Of a DNA stretch of 36,470 bases, positions 1 to 13,400 are shown piece by piece; the stretch's first letter is position 1, and each line of letters starts with the position of its first letter. Below the pieces are notes generated by a model, which was not told where the DNA came from, did not search any database, and saw only the letters and a list, made by a program, of their open reading frames with translations. A program made the translations under genes and the position numbers. This DNA comes from Phoronis australis (Eukaryota > Animalia > Phoronida): assembly GCA_002633005.1 (NCBI GenBank), contig NMRA01000985.1, forward strand, positions 1 through 36,470. Direction: 5' to 3'.

Positions 1-814
1 TGGCACAACTCAAAAAATCTCACATGGAACATTCAAATGTCACATGTGAGAATGCAATGTTCTATGTGAGAAATGCCCTTTGTCACATGGAACGTGAGTT
101 TTCAAACGTTAATTACAGCTAATTAAAAGCTCATTTTGCCAAATTAAATTTTGAAATGACATCACAACTAAAAAGGCTATCTATTGCACCCACTTTCAAT
201 TGAATTGAGTGAAAAAAATTTTTGGGACTTTGTGAAAATCTCATATTATTTTGGAATGCGTTATAATATCTTGCTTAGTTTCAATACCAGCAATCATTAT
301 GGTAAAAGACAAGGAATCAATAACTTTAAGGTAGTTGCACACGATAGAGCATCGGTCGTTCATTTTCAGCGCGCGTTAGTCGTTACATCGTGTGCGGGAT
401 CTTAACTAGTGCTGCTGCGACACCGCTGTGACTGGTTTGTCATCATGGTGATCAGAGACATACCAATTAGGGTGAATGTGTTGCCAATTGCTCTTGTCTC
501 GCAGGATCACTCGCTCAATATGGCTATTTTTGGAGTATATTCAATCAGCTGATCACATGAAGCTTTATCTGGTTGGCGAGCTGTGTCCAGGGCAAACTCT
601 GCTGTGCAGTCATGGCTGCGCATAATATGGGCTCTCGAGAATTGCTATGTCATGTACAGCTAGCGTTACATGATCATCTGGGCATGAGGGTTCAAACTCT
701 GCTATTGGCTCCAACTTAATTTGGCTTGAATGTAATTGAGTCTCGAACTGGGAAACAAAATGTTGTGTGAACGATAAGTGTTGATGATGTGCCATCTCTA
801 GTAGCAAGTCATGC

Positions 815-870
815 ATTCATTTAGATCTTGTGGAAGTTAAGATTCATTTAGATCTTGTGGAAGTTAAGAT
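815..870. repeat. 27-bp direct duplication
   Basis: attcatttagatcttgtggaagttaag present twice in tandem. Confidence 0.85.
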
Positions 871-1299
871 GGGTACCGTAAGGCATGAATTCCTCTGTCA
901 AAAATCATGAGTGCAAGCATTTCTTGAGTGTGTTTTATTTGTAGACTACCAAATGAATGTTATTGTTTGGTAAACATTATGGTTTAACATTGTTGTACTT
1001 TTAAACTTGAATTAAAAGCTCTTCAGCACTAGGAGTGTAGTCTTTGTTAAACATAGTTTAGATTTATATTTAATAATATCATAGTATGTAATTGTTTTTA
1101 TTTTTTACCGCAATAAGTTAAGTGTTTGGTTATTTTGCTTTTTAAATTAGAATAAGAATTATGTCAGTTGTTGGAAAAAGTTATTTTGAGTAGAGTTGGT
1201 AATTACCACCACCACCACCACCACGGTCATGGTGATGTAAACATTTATGGTAGAGTTTGTGGTTCTATGCAGCATTGAATGTGAATCCTATTGTTTCAG

Positions 1300-1431
1300 A
1301 ACCCCTTGCAGTCGGCATGGACGGTATGGAGTTGAACGCTGAAAACGACGAGGGAGGGGAGATGTTAGAAGATGGTGTTGGACCGACTGCCGAGCGGGAT
1401 GATGCCACTGTAGTGTTTAAAAAGCACACTG
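1300..1431 (+). CDS. AAMP: AAMP exon (acidic N-terminal region, ..[13 protein letters not shown])
   Basis: tttcag acceptor, gtaatt donor, 132 nt, phase 1/1. Confidence 0.85.
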
Positions 1432-4400
1432 GTAATTAGACAGAAATGTGGTTTGTGCCAAATGACACCCGTGTGCCGATACAGTTTATGTCAGCTGTTT
1501 CGTCCCAAATTTATTGCAAAATTGTCAGTTTTCTATTTTTGAGAGGCTGACTACCTGGCTTCTATTAAAAAAAAATTACAAGGAGTTGTTTACTGACCAA
1601 TGTATGTTGCATATACTGTGGTAGTAATAGAGTAAAATTTCTTAAAATTAGTTTTGTTGATGGTTTTTTGAAATTTTTGTCATCCATTTTGTTAATAAGT
1701 AGAAAAATTACCATAGCTTCAGAATTGTTGACAAATTTATCCAAATTCATGAAGCTTTGTTAACGGTATGTTGAAATATGTGAGGGAAGTGGACGGAAAT
1801 TAACGTCAAGTCAATGAAATATTGGGAACAATATTTAGCTTAAAAAATTTTCATGTTTTTGAGCAGGAAATATTTGTCTCTTTGAAACTACTCTACAATG
1901 ACAATGTGTTCCTTTTGCACATAGTGATAATGACAAGAAATTCTCCGTCATTTTGTCAGATTACTCTTGACGCATTCAGTTGATTGAAACCAATTATAAG
2001 GCAGAACTCACAAATTCACAAAACAACATGCATTTAGAATGTCGTGCTTGTATACTAATAGGTTATTACTACCGTAATTGTTCGGGTTAACGCCCATGCT
2101 CAGTTAACCGCCCATCCCCGACTTTAAGTGGATTTTCGATTTAACCGCCCATTGCTCGGTTAAGCGCCCCCCTGCGATTTTTGAAGATTTCCAGTTAAGC
2201 GCCCACCTCTCGGTTAAGCGCCCATCCCCGACTTTTAAAGAATGAAGATTTAGCGCCTAGTGCTAAGGAAACGCGCGATTCCCCGACTTTTAGAAAAAGA
2301 TCGATGATCACAACGAGTGCAACGACGCCGGGACTCCGAGACGGTGGTTTAGCAATCCGAATTACAATACAGGTAACGAGTTATTGTCTTGGGTCATGAA
2401 CTCACTTCAAAATATAATACTTGAACCTTTTTGTCACTTATTTTTTTCCCTTGTTTCCTAAATTTAAGAACGCCGCCGGCGTCAAAACCTCCGCTTTCAG
2501 CGACTTTGTCTGCCGCGCTGAGTTTCCGTCTGCAGTGCACTAGATAAAACATATATTCGAAAAAATCAGGCCAGAGAAATGTGACAATGGTTTTGCCAAC
2601 CCTCCAAATTCTATTAAGGTGGGAAGCTCTCGTATTTTGAACAAATCTCACAACTCACGGAAAGATGTCAAATTCTCAATATTTCGATGAATATAACTGC
2701 CGGGTTATGGAGGATGTGGGGCGACTGAAGGGACAGTACAAGTGCCTTAGTGGGTTACCGATTTCGTTGCTGCCTGTCGATTTCTGAATTCAAACGTTGG
2801 CAATAATGTATGTTTGTGTATGATCTTGAAGTAATAAAAAACGGCTAGTCAAATTTTGTTTTTCGCTTATTGCATCTCAGTCAAACTGGTTAGCAGATTT
2901 AACTAATGTCGCTGGCTGTTCTTTACTATTTCTTGCGTCAGCCCCCACATAAGCGTGACTGTGTGAATTATCGTTTCCACATCCCCTTTTTAGCCATCTA
3001 GAATAATTTTGTTTATACATTGGCCATTTTCAGCCTGAACAAAAATTCTTACCATTCGAGTCTGAAATATCTACGACGTAGACTGCTTGACGATAGTGGG
3101 TAGGAGATTCACGCAGCTAGTTACAGGGATGGGCTTAGGGAGCATCGAGCCGGGAAATATGGGAATAGACTTGACATCGCAGTTTTGGGTACATTGGCAA
3201 CGGAGGAATATCGTAAAGAACTGGGTCTTTCGTAACAACAGCTTAAAAGTACATAGTCACGCCCGTTTTTGTTACTTCGTCGGACTGTCGCTATATGTGA
3301 CTGATTTATAGTGGTGCACGTGCGCACGTTCCCACACTTTGGAGTGCATGTTACCTTGACACCAACATGTGATTGACAGGTGACTCACACGTAGGCCCTA
3401 CGTGCGTGCTGAATACCGCCACTATCTTTGGCCATAAAAAACGAGATGCATATTGAAAGTTATATTACTTGACGGCATTTCCAAGTCGCGATTGTCAGCC
3501 GACTGAGACATTGCGCGATAACAGCGGGACCGAACAGTACCGCAGTGCGATATTACAAGTGATATAAATAGGATAATCTGGACATCTTCCATAAAAAATA
3601 AATGTTTTTCCACCACGAAGTTTGGTAAGGTGATCGTTTAGAATAATGAATTGAAACATTGCTGTTTTCTGACATTTTGTAACATATTTATGAAGTTGCT
3701 TGAAATTTTATTCTTAATCGACGACTGGCTCAACCACCCCCGATCGTTGTCTTACTTCTTTGCATAGCATGTTTGGCACAACGGCAAGAGAGCAATGCCG
3801 AGCTGTCGAGATTAGACAGCTAGCCGCAGAACCATACGCTGAAAATGTCATTGAGTCACGGAGTGTCGACTATAACATCCCAAACACAAAAAAACAGCAG
3901 AGTTAAGCTTTTCAAACTTTTATTCACAACCAATTTTAGAACTGCTGTCTGACTCAGAACTTGACAGCTATACATATAGTACGAGACTGTAACCATCAAT
4001 TTGATGTCTGACCTCTGCAGCACGTGAAACTTGCATGCGCGCACTTAAGCAGGGTCACATCTTGAAACAGTTTTAATGCTAGTGGAGGCTGCGTGGTGAC
4101 TGGTCGTCTGCGCACCGCAGGACGGCTATTACTTAGCAATTTTGTAAAATTAATTGTAAATGACTAATCTGAGGGCAAGAGAACCTTTGTTGGGATCATC
4201 TGCTGTTATGATGTTTTCACAGTCATTTGGCGACGTGACGATAAAGCTCTTTGAAAAGGGCTACGCGTTCCGAGTATGATTACCGTGTCGGGATTTAGAT
4301 CGCCAGGTAAGATTAACCGCCCAGGGCGGCTGTCTGTCGTAATAAGCGCCCATGTTCGGTTAACCGCCCATCCCCTACTTTAGGTGGATTTTCGATTTAA

Positions 4401-7400
4401 CCGCCCACTGCTCGGTTAACCGTCCTCCCCCGATTTTTTGGATTCGCCAGTTTAACCGCCCAGGGCGTTAAGCCGAACGATTACGGTAATAAGAAATTTC
4501 TTTTGTTTAGGCTCAGTGTTTGCAGTTAGCACTGACCCCAAGACCAGCATGTTGGCGGTTTCTGGTGGGGAAGATGACACAGCATTTGTTTGGTCATTGA
4601 CAGATGGCGCTGTGCTGTTTCAGTGCACAGGTAGGTGATGGCATACCCATCAAAGCGACAGGTGATGGCATACCCATCAGAGCGACTAGAAACCCACGTT
4701 CCGTCAAAGAATTAAAATTTTAACCTAGACCTCTTCTGTTATAATACTGATCTCGACGAGAATTGGCATCTGCATTCAGAAAAAAATGGCCAGTTTGTTA
4801 AATTGGGTGAGGCCGTTTCTAATTGATCTATCGCCAGGATTATGACCAACGGCTTAACTGACCAGTCAGAACGCAGCATAATTATTCCTGATGCACCTTC
4901 GTCTGTGATTCGAAGCCGCCATTGTATTTGACAAACAACACCTTGTTGGTAAAGCTTATTTTAGTCTGTAGCTCAAGAAATTGTGCGATAAGAATGGTGA
5001 AACGGTGTTGATATGGCGTGTGTAATTCTGACAGCCGTTATACAGCTCGAGAAGAATATCCCGAAAAGTGATGTCAACTGTGTAAACGATGGATCAAACT
5101 GTGTGGACGGCCGCACGAGCAGCTAAACATTAACTTGGCAATGTTGCTGAACTACTCGAAGGTTAAACACAAATATATTTGTTCCACATTTCAGTTTGGT
5201 GGCTATCAGATTTTGACTCCAGAGTTTCACTCGTCTGGGCACCTTTGTCTCGGCATCTGCTGGACATCCCGGCACTAGTCTTGTCCCCGGAAATTGTTGT
5301 TTTTAAGGACATTTTTATTATTTTTCATTTATTTCGACCTGTAATGGACATTGTTTGGTTTTGTAGCAGAAGTACATTTTTGTTATTCATATATCCGTAG
5401 GCTGGCATTCAACTGAACTTCTCATCAAAATTGACAGATTCGATCAGCACAGGGAGGGGCACTAGATTACTGAACTCAAAGTCTTGTTCTAGCTGTTGTC
5501 ATGAAAAAATTAACGGTTGAATTACTTTTTGTTGAGAACCTCAAGTATACACTTCACCAGTAGAGTTAGGGAGAGCTCATTTTGTAGTTGTTCAAACTTG
5601 ATACCTCGATATATGAAGCTATAAAGAACAATTTTAGTTATTTTTGTAAATGGCCATTTTTGCCACTACACCAGCCTTGTCATCTTTTGCAACCATACCG
5701 CAACTTAGTGATCATGCTACATTTAAAATTAAATGAAAGTTACCATTATGCAATGAAACTACAAAAAATGTGTAGTTCTTCAGAAAGTTGGCCTAACTTA
5801 AATGTCTTTATGTTGCATTGAATTACGGCCAATTCCATGCATTAATTTAACTTAGACACAGCCCTAGACTTAGTGGAGCTAACTGCTTTCCTGGGACCAG
5901 ACGAGAATGTGCCTGAGCTATGAACCTGATTTTTTTAATCAAAATATATCGCTCGATGATTAGAAAAGTATAAACAGTGCTATCAGTTGTGACCTACTTT
6001 TCATTTGGCGGAATTTAGCAGACGGCAAAATAAAAATATTGCCGAATCTTCGCTGATTTTGTTCGAAATCTATGTCATCGTACAGATAATTCAACTTTAA
6101 GGTACCTACCCAGCTTTATATTAACATATCCCATCAACGGCCTTGTCAGTTTTCAAGTGAAGGTGAACCCCATGTGAGGTTCTTCGGCTTTTCGCTGGTT
6201 CCGAAATACTTTTCCTCGAACAATTATTATCGTGGCCTTTACAAATGATGAACGTACCATTCTCAGCTGAAAAGCATCGCCTGTTGTCTTTGTCAAAGCA
6301 TTATCGGAAAGTGCAAAATACACTCATCAATTCCACCAGGAACGTTATTTAGCGACAGTGTATTTGCCTTTGACATCTTGTTTGTTTGTCGGGTGTCACA
6401 TGCTTTTTCACAAGAGGGCGGAGCTTGCGATAGGTCAATTATGGATTATTGTAATGTTTGTATAATTTCCAGGTCACAAGGACTCTGTGACATGTGCTTC
6501 ATTCAGCCATGATTCTCTGTATGTCACTACAGCAGATATGAGTGGCCTCATCAAAGTCTGGAAAGTAGATGCTAAAGAAGAGATCTGGTCGTTTGAGTGC
6601 TCAGATCTTGAGGTAATGCATATCATTATGATACACTGTTAGTAGGTAGGTCTGCAATACACGTACACATACAGGGGAGGTAATGCATGTCATTATGTTA
6701 CACTGTTAGTAGGTAGGTCTGCAATACACGTACACATACAGGGGAGGTAATGCATGTCATTATGATACACTGTTAGTAGGTAGATCTGCAATACACGTAC
6801 ACATACAGGGGAGGTAATGCATGTCATTATGTTACACTGTTAGTAGGTAGGTCTGCAATACATGTACACAATCACATACAGGGGTGTAGGTTGTCTTTTG
6901 GTTGGTGCTCACCAACTTCTTGGTAAAATGTCCAAACAACGACTGTGTTCACCTTGTGTTTTATAGGCTGTACAGGTGGTTTGCACATTTAGGTGACCAA
7001 GAGCTTTTGACAGAAAGAAATGCCATGTTACAAATTCTTAAACTGGCCATAAACACACCTTCCATCAAACGACTAACTTTTGATTTAGACCAGTGACTGT
7101 TATAGAACTCGTTTCAACTTGTTCCTTACTCAAATCAGACTTAGGAAGAATTGAAAGACTTACTGCTTGACACCACGCTCGGATATCATTTCGTATGCCA
7201 TGCATGGTTTGCAACAGCTGAACAACGTTATTTCCTTCTTATGTTTAGAAATAGTGGTGTGTGCTCTAAATCAATATTAGTTTCATAGAGGGAAGGTGGA
7301 TTTATAGACGCTTTAAATCTTACCAGATTTTTTTACCAACATGTCTTGAGTGTATTTGCGAGTTTAGAGCTGTACCCCTGCTGTGACCGATTGCAAAAAT

Positions 7401-10400
7401 GTGTGACACTGGATAGCTGATGATGACATTACATTGTGGCTCAACACTCAGACTCTCTCTGAAATGGTCATTATTAATAGAGATTGACATTAGAAAAGTT
7501 TCACAATGACATGTTTAAAGTGATCAATTAATGAAGACAGTTTAATGAAATGAAAATATAACCAAAAATGATGCATTTCAGGTTGATCTTTTTACAAAAT
7601 TCAGAATCTTCCTAAATTTTGTATTTGTTTACTTTGAATGTAAAATGGCAAAAACATACCTGAATAGGTATATCAGCCAGTTGCCACTCAAGGAAGTAAC
7701 AAGTGCTGTCATATTTGTGCCACAGTATGTTTACTAACTGCAAGCTGCAGGCTTCCCAGCTCTGGTGATTGAAACTATTAACTGTCTGCCAACTCCAACC
7801 TGTGTTACGTCTGTATAACACCTGGATACTTTCAGTGGTTGGAGTGGCACCGCAGCGCCCACGTCTTACTGGCCGGAACACAGGACGGCCAAGTGTGGAT
7901 GTGGAAGGTGCCCAGTGGAGACTGCAAGACCTTCCAGGGACACGGTGCTACCTGTAGCACTGGTGGATTCATGCCTGATGGTGAGTTGACCTGGAGTTAA
8001 AGGTTGCAAAGGATTGTCCTAGGGTCAAAGGTTTCGTTTTGGGGTCATTCAAAAGTGCTCGATTGGAAGGTCTATGGCTTTATATCTGCGACAGTTGTGT
8101 GAAGTATTACTGGATCTGTGTCTGAAATGATTGTGGTGGCAGTCTTTATTTAAGGTCAATTTTCGGGTACAATTTGTAACTGTGGGGGTTAACAACAGCC
8201 TGACAGTAAATCTGATGACTGCAATAAGATTGTATTATTTTCATTTCCACAATTTTCTTACATTTTGATTAATTTATTTTCTAATCTTGTTTGTTGCACT
8301 GACAGGCAAAAGAGCGTGCAGTGGCTATGATGATGGTGTAGTCAAACTATGGGATTTGAAGACTAACAAACTGATCCACACAATTTCAGGTATGCGTTTT
8401 TGGCTGAAGAGCTTTGATTTAATTTTGCACTTTATAGTAGCATATCAATATATTTATCTCTGCGCACATGGATTTCCTTTCATCTGCATGTGTTAGGGTG
8501 ACATCATATTGAAAGGTAACTACAGGGTGTTTAACTCATGTTTCTCACTTAAGATTGAGAAGTTCAAAGGTCAGCCAAGTAAACTGTTATTTTTCTGATA
8601 CACATGAAGGCATAGAACTCTCTCATTGGTTGATTTGCTTGTTGTCATAAACCAGTTGGCCATATTGTAAATTATTCACTTTTGCTCCCATGGCAGGCAG
8701 AACTCGTATTGGAAACTATTGGCAGATTGATTCCTATTTACAGAGAAAACATTGTGCATTCTTTGCAGGTAAAGATGCCCATGAAGGCTCAGTGACCTCT
8801 ATAGGTTATCACTGTGATCACACGCTAATTGCCACTGGGTCAACAGATGTCACCACAAGACTGATCAACTCAAACACTGGGAAAGTGAGTAGGGATGAAA
8901 TATATTCCCTAGAGGATATTCCGAAGACACATTGACTGCAATTGGTTGACTTTACCGGTTCTGCCGGTCAACCGACTAAGACATCAGATTAGTCTGTAAG
9001 TGGGAAACTGTCATCAAGGACCAATCAGATGTCTTTGTCAGTTGGCTGCGTGTGACCAGCGAAGTCAAGTGTAGCCACTGCTGCAAAGGATGGACTCTTG
9101 CAATGGAGTTTTGTGGTCAATATTTAAGCATTTCATAGCTATGGCTCGGATTAAATCTCAAATTAATCAAATCTCTAAAATAAATTTGTTGTTAGTATCA
9201 CCCAAAACAACTTTCAGCTATCAAAAATATCCACGACTGATACATTTCATACCATATGTATTTTCATCTTTGCCTCGTTGTGTTAGTATGGTAAAGTTTC
9301 TTTTAATTGGACAAAAATAATAGCCAAATTTCCATTTTCAAAAGCTCAAACACTTCATTGTTTGAAAAGTTTGCTAAAATGAAATTTCATTGTTGCACCA
9401 TGTTGCATTGTATTGAAGAAACTTTAACATTCTATTATAAACTTTCTTTGAATTGATTCCTATTAAAATTCCGAGTGTTTAATATGTAATAGCCTTGTTT
9501 AGAATTACACATTGCTATGTTTTTCTGTACTATAAATTAAGATACCGTAAACTCGCGGGTTAACGCCCATGCCTGTGTAATCGCCCACCCCCGACTTTTG
9601 GTCAATTTTTGGTTTAAGCGCCCTCTACTTGGGTAATCGCCCATCCCCTACTTCGTGCAAATTTCCCCTAAGCGCCCACCTCTTGCGTAATCGCCCATCC
9701 CCAACTTACCACTTACAGAACTTGAGCTTGAACTTCATGCTTTTGTTCACAGCTTTGCCTCGGACTTGCACTTACTCCGTAGATTTTTATAGAAATGACG
9801 CTAATCTACTCCAAGATTATTCATCGTTAAGAGATTAAATGTGGATGCCCCCTTGTGATGAAATGGTGTAATTTTTTGCGACAAGCGCATAAATTGATAT
9901 TCATACTTTTATGTAGGTATCACTATTATGAAATAGAAATCAAAACAGTTACGCTCTATTACGGCATACGGGACTTAATGCAGTCATGGGAACTTTTACA
10001 GTGGGGCTTCGGAAAGTACCCGATAGAAGCCTACTTATGACGTCCTGGTCGTCACCTACGTAGGTTTTTCTGCGTGACGAGTTTTCGAATTACCTCGGCT
10101 GAATTTATTTTTTGTATCAGGCGCCATTTTGTATCAGGCACGGTTTCCGATGCTTATTCGAGCTTAGTAGACCATGTTTTTAGTGTTTGGCGAGAACAGG
10201 AGTAAAACTTCGAGACATCGCCATGTATTTTAAGACGGAGCACGTGATTTTGCTAGTTTTCTCCTAGGTTGACCGAGATTTGAATTGACCAATTAATCAA
10301 ACCCCCATCTCGTTGTAATTGCAACCATACAGCACGTGAGATTTTTCTTCTAGGTCAACCCAGATTTGAATTGAGCGATTATTCGCAACCCCACTCCATC

Positions 10401-13400
10401 GTATAACTTTCAAACGGTTTGTGTCGGCCGGGAACGAATTGTCCATGTTTTTAAATCAGTGCCAGATAAACTAAACAGTGAATTGAAAGTTTATTGTGTT
10501 TAATACGCAGACGACATTAACAACGATAAGATGGCACTATAAGAGTTCTAACCAAACACTGTCATACAAACAACACTAACAATACAATGGTGTAGGTAAT
10601 GAAATTTAGTCCCGTTCATTGATCTGAAATAGTACTTACTGATACAGTAAGTGGACTGCCATTTGAGCTTCATAAAGCTCTGTGGTATGACATTTTGCAG
10701 CGTGCTAAATTATTTGAAAACATCTGAGTTTATAACAACGCTCTCTTTAAATCGCCCTTTCAAGGTCGAAATCCTGTTTCTGTTTGAGCCGGAGGAACTT
10801 TGTGATTGTCGGGCTCCACTAATAAACCGAACTCACAAGCTCCGTGCTCGAATGAACACCTGCCGCACTTGCCCAGTTCGGTTGAAACTTGGACATAAGC
10901 GCCCACCTCTTGGGTAATCACCCACCCCTGACTTTTGGGCAATTGTTCATTTTAAGCGCCCACTGCTTGGGTAATCGCCCACCCCCCTGCCAAAGGTTTT
11001 CCCAATTTTCCCAGGGCGTTAACCCGCGAGGTTACGGTACCATTCAGAATTGTACTTTCTTGCCAATGATTGTAATACTGCTCATAGAAATCTGTAAATT
11101 ATTCTGCCAGACGAGTTGCTTAGACATTAGTTGTAATACCAAACTGCACTTGGCTTGCTATTGGTTTATATTGTCACATGGTGTTTTTGATGTTACTGGC
11201 TTCATTTTAGGTACTTGCTACACTGAACTGCAGGGGTTCTACTGTTGATGAAACTCAAGAAGAGGACTCCGTGGAGGCAGTGACCTTTCACCCCAGGTAG
11301 GCGGAGTCAAACATGAACATATGACAATACTCTGGTCTATGTTGTTTAACTTTTCTTAAGAGTTATCTGCGTATCATGTCGTGAACACATCCACTAAAAC
11401 AAGAAACTGTAAGAACACCGCATTTATCCACCTTCACTCTTATCAGGCTTCTATTGTGACTCAGCATGCGTGAATAATTGGCTGATAAGCCACCTCTGGA
11501 ACTACTTTGGGCTGAATGGATGACCAGGCCATAAAATGATAATTAGCCAAGACCAGTTACTATAAGGCAACAAAGAACAAGTAATAATGTCTTGCATCAC
11601 CTAGCCTTGGTGGAAAGCTGTATACTGTATTGGCTCAAACAAACGCTTAGAAAAATTCATTTCACGGGGAGGGGACGCTTATTGTAGTGAGCCTACGGCA
11701 GTTGAAACCCGGTTTCCCAAACGGGTAAAATCGGAAGCTAGGATTCATCAAATTTACGCTCTGTGACGTATTTGTAGCCTATGACAGCCTTTCTACAAAA
11801 TTGTNAAAGGATTTAGATTTATTGTGCATTTGTAATTAATATTGGGTCACCTTACCATGCCTTTAGGAAAATGTAGCAAATTAAGAACTGTCCATAGATG
11901 GCAGAACAACAGTATCAACATGGCCAAATTTATTTGATATAAATGTTCACGGTAATATCTCGAAAATACTGTTCCAGATTTATAAAATATTTCATTTTCA
12001 TGAACTTTAACCCTTATCCTGCCCTAGGCGAGGTCAGCGGACATGCCAGTTATCCTATCACAATGCATTAGGTGTACTCAGTCAACTATGATAGTAGCAG
12101 CTGGGGAACATTAGTGTGTGCACTCACCCCAGGACACTTGTGATTTTCATTCAGAAATTGTGAGAGCCCTGGATGTTGTTTAGATATGTGAGCTCCCACA
12201 TTTCATAGTTCACAGCGTCCTCTACATTTCTCTGATTTAAACCATATGGCTGTGATTACTAGTTTGGGAGATATTGGCAGGTTTATGTAAGTGTAGACAC
12301 ATAGTTTCATTACATGGCTGGAGCCAGATATGAAAGGATGACAGTGGATCAGTTTATTTTCACTAAGGTCATCATGATGAAGATTTACATTCAGTGAAAA
12401 TCTCCACTAAATTCTGGACAACTTTTATGTTGTCCTCGTTTATGTGAGATTAAAATTTCCCCTTCAAATTTCCAATTTAAAATTGTTAGGTCATGAGTCT
12501 GGGTGACCTTCATAATAGCCTAGTGTACAGCAGTAGTGGTGACCTGCTTAGCTCAACACACAGACTGAGTGTAAGTAATACAGGGCAGGCTCAGCAGGAT
12601 AAGGGTTAAATAGTATCTGAAGGTTTCGTATGACTCCTATCCACGGTTTCTGAGATGTGTTGTGAGATACGCCAAATTTGAATAATTTACTATGGTCCTA
12701 AATAACCTTGAAGTTACGCTAGTGTGTGTTTGGAAACATAACTTCAAACTAAGTTAGAAGAAGTGTATTATACCCAAATGGTTTCTTTGAGCTCCATCCT
12801 GGGCACAGTGTCATTTGGAAAATTAGAAGATTGTTTTAAGTTGAATTATTTGTTCTGAAAGATGCAAAATGAAAACAAGACTAGAACGTGCCATCCATCA
12901 AAAAGTCATTGATTTAGTTTGTTCTCAACTCGTTTCTTATTGAAATCAGAGGAAATTTTTGTGCTTGGAAAGAACTGGCAAATTCATTATCGGGCTCACC
13001 AGGTGGGGTGGTCACGGCTCGTCACTTCCTGGGCCGAGTATGGTCTTGAGTAATAACAAGCTGTCGGCTCTTTCCTAGCCTAGAAATGACTTCTCACCTT
13101 AGGAAGAGACAAGTTGAGAACAGTTTTATAGGGGAAGCTTTACAAATCGAAAGATAGTTACTCTGATGGTAGAATGCTTTGTGGCATCTTTCTTAGCTGC
13201 AACCTGCCCTCTTTTGCAATTAATTGTCACTGCGTTACTACATTGCTGTGTGCACATATAGTGCAAGCCAAAAGTAGATGAATTCTCCATATTCATCATC
13301 AGAGCAGTCTTCTCTCGTTATCCAAGAATGAAGGGGAATTAACTGGAAAGTTTGTAAGATGAGAAGCTGTTATGAAATTAGAATTTTGCCACTCTAACAG

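Larger units (their letters stand above)
4727..6437. mobile_element. Decayed ISL2EU-like (PIF/Harbinger-related) transposon, internal-deletion derivative
   Basis: Short termini agacct...aggtca enclose a THAP remnant (+) and a convergent SWIM-like remnant (-). Boundaries are approximate. Confidence 0.55.

Noticed and set aside
326-800. Possible Kolobok-like element starting ttaa-ggtagttgcac
   Set aside because: No matching right terminus found, so it is unsupported.
9090-9320. Paralogous small proteins (9090-9320 and 21403-21711)
   Set aside because: The similarity comes from the shared SINE tail, not from coding constraint.
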